Source: Cyanophora paradoxa CCMP329 | Taxonomy: Eukaryota > Plantae > Glaucophyta | DNA: 64,000 nucleotides | Assembly (NCBI GenBank): GCA_004431415.1 | Contig: QPMI01000015.1 | Span: 496,001 to 560,000, forward strand | Direction: 5' to 3' | Shown: positions 37,841 through 46,800 of the stretch, piece after piece | Numbering within the stretch: the stretch's first letter is position 1 | How the letters are laid out: every line of letters begins with the position of its first letter | Notes under the pieces: model-generated | Told to the model about the DNA's origin: nothing | Seen by the model: only the letters and a program-made list of their open reading frames with translations | Databases searched by the model: none | Translations under genes and position numbers: made by a program

Positions 37841-39330
37841 ACGTAGCCGGATCACCTCACACTAGCTCGGCGCCGGATTTGGCTAGGAATCACCCCTGCC
37901 GTAACATCCGGGCCAGCACATATGAGGCGTCCTCGCCGAATCGTGCTTCGGACTAAGTCCGGAATTCTCCTACGTGGGTTCGAAGCCATGTCCGTTCGTT
38001 CGCACTACCCGGGCTCTGCCGGGAGTCGAACCATGGTCCGTTCGCAGCCCCCATGTCACGATGGCGAGAATCCTATCCAATAGGCTACGTAGCCGGATCA
38101 CCTCACACTAGCTCGGCGCCGGATTTGGCTAGGAATCACCCCTGCCGTAACAAAGATAAGACAAAGAGCCAAAATCGACAATAAAAAAGGAAAGACACAG
38201 AGCTCGAAACAGATCGATAGCGAGAAGAGACGATAAATCGAGCAGATCTAGGGACAGAGGAGAACTGACACGAAGAAGAGCCAGAGCTAGAGATACCATC
38301 AATATCAGAAGGAATTACATCACTAAGAAGCGGGGGACAAAATTGAGAAAGATAAATAACAGGAAGAAGACAAGTAAGAGGAACAACAAGACGACATGGA
38401 GGCGGAGGCGAAGCAGGACGATGCGAAAGGGCAGAGCTACGGCACGAGGTCGAGGAGGACACAGGAGGCGGAGCAGGCGGATCAAGAGCAGGCAAAAGGA
38501 CAGTCAAAGGAATCACTAAAGCCGGCCGGGGTCGAGGCGGGCAATCGAACTGCAAACGACGGCGAACAACAGGTCGAGCACGAGGACTATAGCTAGTATT
38601 GAAACTAACTCTAGCATCAACACTACGATCAGAATCCGAACCAGACCGAACTAAACTAGAAGACGAAGAAGTACGCCGGCGCCGGCGGGATACGATCGCG
38701 ACCAGCAAAGCAGAAGACGAAGGCAAAGGCGGCAGTCCGGTATCAAGAACAAAGGCTTGAGGGTCCGGCCCGGCAAACTGCCGGAGGGAAGTAGAAGGAG
38801 CCGCAGGCTCGGCAAGCCGGCGACGGGTACGTCCACGAGTCCGGGAGGAGATCGGGGAAGCCGGTCCCGGAGCTGAGGGCCCAGGAGCAGAGCCAGGAGA
38901 AGGTGAGCCCGGCGAGAAATCTGACCCGGAGCCGGAACCCAGCGAACGACGACGACGAAGAGGCCCCCGAGGAGCCACGACGGGGGAGCTACCGAGCAAA
39001 GTACTGACAGCCGGCGCCGAACACGGCGGCGGAGGTACCCCACAGACAGTGGCAGGCGGAGAGTCCAGGGTCGATCGAGAGATCCGCCGACGGGAATGCG
39101 GCGGGGGCCGACGAGACGGAAGAGGCGAGGAGGGAGCCGAGGAAGGGTCGGAGGCAGGGGAAGGGCCGCGAGCAGGTGACGGGGATCGCTGCCGGCGCCG
39201 AAGAGACGGCAGCGAAGCAGGAGAAAGGTCGGGTGGCGCCGGATCAGATGACACGGAGGTCATGGCCATGGGCGGCGCAGAGAGAGACGAGCTCGAGGGC
39301 GCAAGGGCCCGACGAGGACTCTCAGAAATT
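37841..39330 (-). mobile_element. Truncated element with a low-complexity S/P/R ORF (38136-39269) ending in a 66 bp - 180 bp - 66 bp split direct repeat
   Basis: Identical 66-mers at 37841-37906 and 38087-38152; related fragments at 16845-16991 and ~46375-46430. Confidence 0.6.
38012..38094 (-). other. tRNA-derived (SINE-head-like) segment; not an intact tRNA
   Basis: A-box TAGCCTATTGG, D-like hairpin, B-box GGTTCGACTCC; acceptor stem pairs 5/7 and T stem 3/5. Confidence 0.5.
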
Positions 39331-39479
39331 ATAATTAATGCGTTTTTAGACCCGGGGTCCCGCGCGCCGGCCCCGCCGCCGGGCCGCCGGCGCGCCGCCC
39401 GTCGACGTCGCCGTCACCGTGGCACGTCGGGTCGTCGTCGGCCGCGGCCGGCCGCCGGCGCCGCCCGGCCGGCCCGATG

Positions 39480-40080
39480 AAATCGAGCTCCACGAGGGAG
39501 CGCCGGGCGCAGGCGCTGGAGAGGAGAGCAGCGACCTCGCCGGGGCCCGTGCTCCGCGCTTCGCGGAAGGGATCAGATCAGATCAGATCAGATCAGATCA
39601 GATCAGATCAGATCAGATCCGAGGCCGCGCGGCCCGGGCGGGCGGGCGCACCGTGGAGCTCGATGCGGAGCCTGGAGAGGCTGGGCAGGGCCGCGATGGC
39701 CTCACTGAGGGCGGTGAGGGCGCTGGCGGCTGCACCCGCGGCGCGGCCGTCCAAAAGACGGAGGTGGAGCTCGCGCAGGCACGCGGCGCCGCCGAGGGCG
39801 CGGACGGCCCCCGGCGACACGTGCTCCAAACTGAACTGCGGGCGGGGCGGGGCGGCTCAGCCGAGGGCGAGGCGAGACAAGGAGCACGGACCCGCAGCGG
39901 CTCGAGGCGCTCGAGCCTCGGCAGGCGGGCGACCGCGCGGAGGGCGGCGTCGGAGAGCTCCACGCTCGCGGAGTCGTCCAGGCGGGGGGCGGCGGCCTCC
40001 GACCTGCAGGAGGGCCTCGGGAGCGAAGAAGAGGATCGGAGAGAGAGCAAGGGCCGCGCACCCCCGGACGGCGCCCTCAT
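39480..40080 (-). pseudogene. Partial duplicate of the F-box/LRR gene (internal exons only), with a (GATCA)n microsatellite at 39571-39619 in an intron
   Basis: AALRAVARLPRLERLEPLR / SPGAVRALGGAACLRELHL / PGEVAALLSSA are paralogous to 40970-41535; both ends are missing. Confidence 0.8.
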
Positions 40081-40176
40081 GTGCGGCCAGCTGCTGGCCA
40101 TGTGCGCCCCCGCTGAGGGCCGCCGGGCCTCCCTCGCAGTTGGCCGGCCGCGGGCCCGGGGCCGCCGGGCCCCGCC

Positions 40177-40555
40177 TCAGGCCGCCTCGATGGCGCGGAT
40201 GCAGTCCACCGCACGGCGGCGGCGAAGACGCCCCACCGCGTCCGCTCCATCTGCTCCTTCCGCGCGATCGGCCTGCCGCACGCCCCGGGGGCGCTCGCTC
40301 AGCCAAGGGCGGTGCGGGGCGGGGAGGGGCGGGGAGGGGCGGGGCGGGGGCGGACTGGGGCGCGGCGTTGAGGATGGCCTGCAGCTCGACGAGATCGGCC
40401 TGGCCGCCCCGCGCCTCGGGGTACTCCAGCCCCTCCCCCGCGATCCCGCTCATCGCCACCACCGTGCACCTGCCCGCCAACGAACGTCAGCCGGGGTGCG
40501 CTGTTAAGAAAACGAGCAGGGGTACGCGCGTGTCGATCTGGTCGAGGGTGAGGCG
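40177..40555 (-). pseudogene. 3' fragment of an FtsH M41 protease-domain-like (plant At2g21960/VIR3-type) gene, copy A, internally deleted
   Basis: RLTLDQID..CTVVAMSGIAGEGLEYPEARGGQADL.ELQ...EQMERTRWGVFAAA...VDCIRAIEAA*. Confidence 0.7.
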
Positions 40556-40623
40556 GCCGCGGCGCCCCGGGGTCGTGGCGCCGTGGCGCCGAGAGCGAGG
40601 GGGGGCGGGGGGAGGGGGGAGGG

Positions 40624-42602
40624 TCAAGGCCGCCAGCGGTAGGTCCGGCGCCTCTCGATGGCGCCGATGGCGGCCTGCAGCCTCGCAAGCTTTGCCGACG
40701 GCAGAGTTCTGCTCTGAAGGTGAACTTCGATGGCGACCTTGGGGTCCAGGCGCGCCAGAATCTGGGAGGAAGGAAGCTCAGGTGGGCCGGGAAGGGAGGG
40801 GCGGGACCGGGGCACCTCGTAGAATCGGAGGGCGGTGCTGGACATCGAGTCGAGCACGGGGGCGACGCGGAGGCGGCGGAGGGCGGGGAGGGCGGCGATC
40901 GCCTCGGCCTCGGCCTCGGAGAGCGGCCGGAGGAGGGTCAAATCGAGGTCGGAGAGGGCCCGTTGAGCGCTGGAGAGGAGGGCAGCGACCTCGCCGGGGC
41001 TTGTGCTCGTCGCTGCGCGAAGGGGATCGGATCGGATCAGATCGGATCTGAGGCCGCGCGGCCCGGGGGGGCGGGCGCACCGTGGAGAACGATGCGGAGC
41101 ACGGAGAGGCTGGGCAGGGCCGAGAGCGCACCGGCGAGGGCGGAGCGGGCGGCCGTGGCCGCGGCGCGCCCATCATCAACGTGGAGGAAGAGCTCCCGTA
41201 GGCACGCGGCCCCGCCGAGGGCGCGGACGGTCTCCGGAGACCAGTTCCCAAGATTGAACTGCGGGCGGGGCGGGGCGGGGCGGCTCAGCCGAGGGCGAGG
41301 AGAGACGGGTGCATGCGGGCCGGGCACCCGCAGCGGCTCCAGTCGCTCCAGCCTCGGCAGGCGCAAGACCGCGCGGACGGCCGCTTCGGGCAGATAAACG
41401 AAATCAAAGTCGACGGACTGCGGGGCGACGACGTCCGAGAGCCGCGGAAAGGCATCCGACCTGCAGGAGGGCTGAGGAGCGAAGAAGAGGATCGGAGAGT
41501 GAGAGGGCCGCGCACCTTTGGACGGCTCCCTCATCGAGGAAGAAGAGGGTGCGAAGGCTCCTGCCGGCGGCGCCGTCCGCGATCGCCCGGAAGCCGCCCC
41601 CGGAGGCGTCTACTAGGACTCCGCGATCGAAGAGCAGCGCGAGCCGCTCGAGGTGCGCGAGGGGCGCCAGCGCCGCCAGCGCCGCCGACTCCGAATCGAA
41701 GTCGGGGCGGAAGCTGAGGGAGCGGAGGAGCGGGCAGGCGGCGGCGACGGCCGCAGCGGCCTCCGGCGTGACGCCCTTCTGGACCGCTTGGAAGTACAGG
41801 GTCAGGGAGCGGAGCTTGCCGAACGGGGAGAGAGCGGCCCGCAGCTCGTTGCCCGGCGGCAGCGCAAGCGGGTTCCGCCGCATATATGCGTAGACCCCGT
41901 TCCAGAGGCAGAAGTGGAGACCCTCGAGGCGGCTGGGGGCGCCCCCCGGCGGCCGCAGCGCCCGCAGCGCTCCGAGCACGAAGCGGCTCAGGAAGTCCTC
42001 GCCGTAGCCGTCTTCCTCGGCCCCCTTCTCGGATGCGAGGACCCGAAAGGCCACCTCCCGCGGTTGCGCCGGCGCCGCTCCGCTGCCGCCGCCGCCGCCG
42101 CCGCGGACGAGGGCCGCGAGGAGCCCGCAGGCCGCCTCCACCTCGCGCCAGCCGGCCCCGAGCGAGACGCTCGCGCCGTCGCCGAGCCGCATCTTCCGCT
42201 TCTTCACGAGCGCCATCGCGGCGTCGTGTCTCGACGGTGCGGAGCCAGCCGAATTCTCCTCGTCCGTCCGCAGCTCGAAGCTCGGCCACTCGGTCTCCTC
42301 GATCACCTGCCGCCACCGCCTGCGACACGGCGGCCTCAGCAACGAATTCGAAAAGGAGCTCGCGGGCGTTCTCGGGGTCGCAGTCAACAGAGCGAAACGG
42401 ACCTGCACACGCTGCGCAGGGGCCAGCTCACTCCCGGCCCCAGCGTCTTGAACACGCCGCTCGCCACCGCGTCCGGCAGCGCATCGAGAGTGCTCATGGC
42501 CGCAGCCGCCGCTGGCGCTCCGACAGCTGCAGCTGGAAGCGTGGCTGCAAGTTCATCGACGCGCGCCCGCTTCTCCGCGCGCGAGGTGCTCGAGCTCGAC
42601 AT
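40624..42602 (-). CDS. F-box/LRR (RNI-like) protein
   Basis: F-box-like LDALPDAVASGVFKTLG....PLRSVCRRWR followed by LRRs (ACPLLRSLSF, LAPLAHLERLAL, LPRLERL, LPSLSVLRI); six exons with GT-AG introns. Confidence 0.85.
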
Positions 42603-42967
42603 CGCCCGCTGTTTCTATTCGATCCGCGGCGCGCTTTGCATGATCTTTTCGCGTGTCGAATCGAAATGTCTACCCCCCCTCCGGGTCCCTAGGCCTAGCT
42701 ATATATATAGGCCTCTCGCCGACGGACGAGCAGAGCCCCCGTCCGACGGTCCGACGATCCGTCCTTTGATATCGATATTCCCTTCTGACATCCGCACCAC
42801 GGCAGGCTATGCGCGCCCCCCGCTGAGGCCTCGGGCCCCATGGCCAGACCGCACCGGGCCCCATAGGTCGAGACAAGAACGTTCAGGCAAACACGACCTG
42901 GGAAAAGTGCGACGGAACGTGCTGCTGGGCGAGGGAAGCGGACCTGACGGACCCCGAAGTACGCAGC

Positions 42968-45475
42968 ATGAACTTTGACCCTGAGACCTGCGAGTACGAT
43001 GAGAGAGTAAAGGCGCTCTTCCCGCTGTGGGGCGTCCGGTACGAACGTCAGACGGAAACTGACAGAGACGAGGAGCGGCCGCCGCGGGTGTGCCTGCCCC
43101 CCGAGACCGAGGAGCTGCACGCCTGGAGGACGGGCGGGATGGAGGCGATAGAGTCAGATCGCGAATCGGACATGAGCGAGGATCCCGGAAGCCCACCAGG
43201 GCCCGACGACGTGGACCCGCCGCAGGCGCAGGATGCAGGGAGAAGCCGGTACCAACTGCGAGCCCGCGCAGCCCCAGTCAAGGAAGGGAAACGGGTGCAG
43301 AAGCAAAGCAAACGGAGACGGGTACAGCCGACCGCCAAGCGAGAGAGAGGGATGGAAGAGAATGACACTCGGAAGCAGACAGCGGCCGCCCCCGCGCCAG
43401 AGGATCCCGCCGAGACCGGAGACGAAGAGGAGGAAGCGGGCCCTGAAGCGCTGATGGGAGCGACGATATGGCAGATCTACGAGATGCGTAAGGAAGCCAT
43501 CCTGGAAGCGGGTACAGAGGGGATACAGACCCGGATCGCCGAACGCGAAGGACAGGAGGAGTATCGGATCGACTCCGACGGATCAACCTTCGACCTGGGC
43601 AAGGCCGGTAAGGCGAGAGCGGGGTACGCCGTATACGATCCCCAAGAACCGCACATGCAGTACGGTGGGAGGCTGCGAGGGCAGCTGTCCAATTATAAAG
43701 CCGAGCTACACGGGGCCATACTCGCGACGCTGATCGCACCGCTCAACAAGACGGTGAGGGTACACTGCGACAACCTCTCCGTCGTACGGAACTTCGCCAC
43801 CCGGGTGCGATACTACAGGAGGAAGTCAGCGCGCAAAGACACACGGGATAGCTACGAAGCAGAGTACCGGCTGTGGCGCGCGGTGATGGAGCTCCGCGGG
43901 GCGGGAAGGCGGGAGGACGCAGGAGTGGAAGTAATGTGGGTGCCGGGCCACGACCCCAATGACGAGATCCACAAGGAAGTTGACCTGCGCGCAAAGGCAG
44001 CAGCGAACATGCCCCTTGTCAACCCCGCCACCGGCGAGCACATGACATACCGGGCCGACGTACTCGTACCCCCCGAATCCACGGGCTTTGAGCTCATCCA
44101 CCAGGGCGAGCGGGTTGAGATCGACCCCTGCAGATACATCAGAATGCAACACGCGGTGCGGAGCTTCGTCAAATGGACTCAACTGAGACGGACGGGCGAA
44201 GCCCTGCGGGACGCGCTTGGAAGCCCTAAGCAAGCGCTCGAGCTGCTGAGCGTCAAGTACTGGCACCGCAAGATAAGCGGCTACAGGCACAAGTGGCGGG
44301 CGCACGGCGTGAAGGCGCTGATCGACGGGCTGCCACTGATGCCCGAACGCCTGCGCGACCGCCCGGACCTATACGAGGGGAAGTCAGAAGGGGAGTGCCT
44401 GCGGTGCGCAGCGAGCGAGGCCAAACCCAAGGAGACGCTGCGACACTACCTGATCGAATGCCCCAGCCTGCCCGCCGCCCACGCCCGCATCCAGAAAGCA
44501 GTTGACGAGGAGTTCCTGAAACTGTACGACAAGAAAGTCGTGGGGGCGGCGCGCAGAGCGCTCGACGCAGCTGAGGAGGCGAAGGAGCGGACAGAACGGT
44601 CAGAGGGCTCCGAGCAGGCCCCGAACGCCCAGGCCCGAAAGCGCAAGGCGGCGCACCTCGAGCAGCCAACCAAATCGGTGGAACAGGCGAGCCTCGACCT
44701 AGAACGCGTCTACGAGGCGCGCCCGGTAGCCGAGAAGAGCCTGTCGGCGAGAATGCGGTGCTACGACTTCAGCCGGAGGTACGCGCACGCGCCGGAGGCG
44801 GGCAATAGCTATCCGGGCGCATGGCACGACATGCAAGGCGAGCACAAGGGTTGGCGCAGCGCGCACGACCTGGATCACATGCGGGTACTCCAGGGCCTGC
44901 TGCCGAACGACATGGACAGAGTCTTAGTCGACCTGGGATTCGCAGAAGCAGAGACCATACCGGTCTGCCGGCAGCTGGCGGAGACGGTGCTCACGGAAGT
45001 ACACAGCGAGATCTGGAAGCCGAGAAGCAAAACAACGAGCAAGCATGAGTCCCGAGTGTGGGGGATCACGCAGGGAAACAAGCGCGCACCGAAGGGGAAC
45101 CGAGCACCGACGGTTGGCAGCGAGGCCGACCCAGAGGCTGCAGGAGGACATCCCGAGGACGCTGCTGGGACGCCGAGCGCGGCAGAGGTCGGGGGAGCGA
45201 CAGCGATGCAAGAAGCAGAGAATGAGGACCGGCCGGATTCGAACCCGCCCGACCCGACCCGGAACCGAAAGCGAAAACGCGAACTCGAATCGCACCGTAT
45301 CGCGGCGCGGGAACTCGATCGGATACGCGGAGAGGGCCACTGCGACCACTGCCAAGAATACCACGCCCCGGGGACAGCGTGCCACGAGACAGCAGTAGTG
45401 GAAACGCTTGCGGTACGAGCTTTCAAGAACTACCTGAGGTACGGAGACATGGGACGACTGCCTAAGGTATCGTAA
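42968..45475 (+). CDS. Retroelement C-terminal polyprotein portion: RNase H plus CCHC-type zinc finger (RT absent owing to truncation)
   Basis: DSDGS / YKAEL / HCDN / WVPGH / EVDLRAK is an intact RNase HI D-E-D-D set; RDRPDLY...CLRC...ETLRHYLIEC. Confidence 0.88.
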   Translation: MNFDPETCEYDERVKALFPLWGVRYERQTETDRDEERPPRVCLPPETEELHAWRTGGMEAIESDRESDMSEDPGSPPGPDDVDPPQAQDAGRSRYQLRARAAPVKEGKRVQKQSKRRRVQPTAKRERGMEENDTRKQTAAAPAPEDPAETGDEEEEAGPEALMGATIWQIYEMRKEAILEAGTEGIQTRIAEREGQEEYRIDSDGSTFDLGKAGKARAGYAVYDPQEPHMQYGGRLRGQLSNYKAELHGAILATLIAPLNKTVRVHCDNLSVVRNFATRVRYYRRKSARKDTRDSYEAEYRLWRAVMELRGAGRREDAGVEVMWVPGHDPNDEIHKEVDLRAKAAANMPLVNPATGEHMTYRADVLVPPESTGFELIHQGERVEIDPCRYIRMQHAVRSFVKWTQLRRTGEALRDALGSPKQALELLSVKYWHRKISGYRHKWRAHGVKALIDGLPLMPERLRDRPDLYEGKSEGECLRCAASEAKPKETLRHYLIECPSLPAAHARIQKAVDEEFLKLYDKKVVGAARRALDAAEEAKERTERSEGSEQAPNAQARKRKAAHLEQPTKSVEQASLDLERVYEARPVAEKSLSARMRCYDFSRRYAHAPEAGNSYPGAWHDMQGEHKGWRSAHDLDHMRVLQGLLPNDMDRVLVDLGFAEAETIPVCRQLAETVLTEVHSEIWKPRSKTTSKHESRVWGITQGNKRAPKGNRAPTVGSEADPEAAGGHPEDAAGTPSAAEVGGATAMQEAENEDRPDSNPPDPTRNRKRKRELESHRIAARELDRIRGEGHCDHCQEYHAPGTACHETAVVETLAVRAFKNYLRYGDMGRLPKVS

Positions 45476-45485
45476 ATAAAGCGCC

Positions 45486-45561
45486 TAGGGTCCGGCCGAG
45501 TCGCTGGAAACAGCGGCGCGTGGGGAGGGGGGCAACCCCCTCCCTGCCTGGCCGGACCTAT
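45486..45561 (+). other. Predicted three-way-junction RNA structure in the retroelement 3' UTR
   Basis: Outer stem ggtccggcc/ggccggacc; hairpin gtcgctg-GAAA-cagcggc; hairpin gggaggggg-GCAA-ccccctccc. Confidence 0.75.
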
Positions 45562-45635
45562 CCGAGCAAATTTTTTTTTTTTTTTCAGACCGCGCCCGCC
45601 GCCGCAGCCAGGCAGGGCCGGCCCCCGAGCTCGCC

Positions 45636-46146
45636 TCAGGCCGCCTCGATGGCCCGGATGCAGTCCACCACACTGCGCGGCGGGGCCCGGGGCCCGGGGC
45701 GGGGTCAGCGGCCCTCGCGGGGGGGCGGCGCGGGGCGGGCGGCGGGCGGGGGCGGCGGGGCGGGCCTGTCGCCGCGGAGGACGGCCTCCGTGAGGGCCTC
45801 CAGCGCCCCCGCGTTGTTCTTCAGCAGCGCCTGCCCGGCCCGAGGTTAGGATCGGCGCCGGGGCCGGGCCGGGCCGGGGGCGCGCACGGCGGCGGCGAAG
45901 ACGCCCCACCGCGTCCGCTCCATCTGCTCCTTCCGCGCGATCGGCCTGCCCCCGCGGGGGCGCCCGTTCAGCAAAGGGCGGGCCGGGGCAGGGGGCGGGG
46001 GGGGCGGGGCGGGGCGGGGCGGGGGCGGACTGGGGCGCGGCGTTGAGGATGGCCTGCAGCTCGGCGAGGTCGGCCTGCAGCTGGCCGCCCCGCGCCTCGG
46101 GGTACTCCAGCCCCTCCCCCGCGATCCTGCTCATTGCCCCACCGTT
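45636..46146 (-). pseudogene. 3' fragment of the M41-like gene, copy B (introns retained)
   Basis: MSRIAGEGLEYPEARGGQLQADLAELQAILNAAPQ/PIARKEQMERTRWGVFAAA/ALLKNNAGALEALTEAVLRGD/SVVDCIRAIEAA*; no 5' portion present. Confidence 0.75.
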
Positions 46147-46149
46147 CAG

Positions 46150-46252
46150 GGCCACGTCGGCTCGGGCCCTGGCCACGTCCCCTCGGGTTCTTCAGAGCCA
46201 CGTCGGCTCGGGTCCTGGCCACGTCCCCTCGGGCCCTTCAGCGCCACGTCCC
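46150..46252. repeat. ~46-bp tandem repeat (about 2.2 copies)
   Basis: gccacgtcggctcgggYcctggccacgtcccctcgggYYcttcag repeated. Confidence 0.8.
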
Positions 46253-46800
46253 CTAGGGCCCTTGAGCACCATCGTACACGTGCCGGGCCGGGGGCCCCTC
46301 CGGGACCGGGTACGCCGCGCCCGGCGGCCGGCCCCCCCTCGAGGCCCGCGGCGGGTACGCCCCCACGTTCGCGCCCGATACTATCAACATCTGAGGGAAC
46401 CACATCACTAACAAGCGGAGGACAGAACAAGCGAGTTCCTGCGGAGCAGGAGTGGCCTTGGGTCTTGGGGTTTCAAGGCGTGAGGGTGGTCGCTCTTTGT
46501 TTTAAAACGGGGGACCGCAACCGCGCGCGGTTACCGGGACCTACGGGGGGTTCGCCCCACCGTAGTCTCTCAAAAACAAAAACACAAATTAAAATGCAAT
46601 TCATGATCATACACGCAAATAATTAAATACATAATTTTGATACTCTGATATTTATATTTATCAAAATATACTTCGACTGTGAAGTAAAATGCGAACGTTA
46701 ACGATACTTTGACGTTGAGTACGAAGCTACTATAGCTAGGCTATTATAAAATTACCAGTACATTAATATTGTAGTAAGCTTAGAAGAGAGCACGATGCTA

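Larger units (their letters stand above)
42853..45585 (+). mobile_element. 5'-truncated non-LTR-type retroelement with an 8-bp TSD and a T15 tail
   Basis: CAGACCGC at 42845-42852 and 45586-45593; rejoined flanks resemble the empty paralogous site at ~40100-40180; intronless ORF open to the 5' junction. Confidence 0.85.

Noticed and set aside
37907-37970. Hammerhead- or HDV-like ribozyme (atatgag-gcg-tcct-cgc-cgaat)
   Set aside because: Lacks the CUGANGA and GAAA cores, and the HDV P1/P3 pairings could not be completed; an Infernal search would settle it.
38012-38094. Functional tRNA gene
   Set aside because: Mismatched acceptor and T stems and no canonical 7-nt anticodon loop.
37841-38152. 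66-bp repeats as the LTR pair of the adjacent integrase
   Set aside because: Both lie on one side only 180 bp apart, and one interrupts the integrase core.
45571-45585. T15 as the poly(A) tail of a processed M41-like retrocopy on the minus strand
   Set aside because: That fragment retains introns, and the T run lies inside the TSD-bounded insertion and is absent from the paralogous site near 40100-40180.
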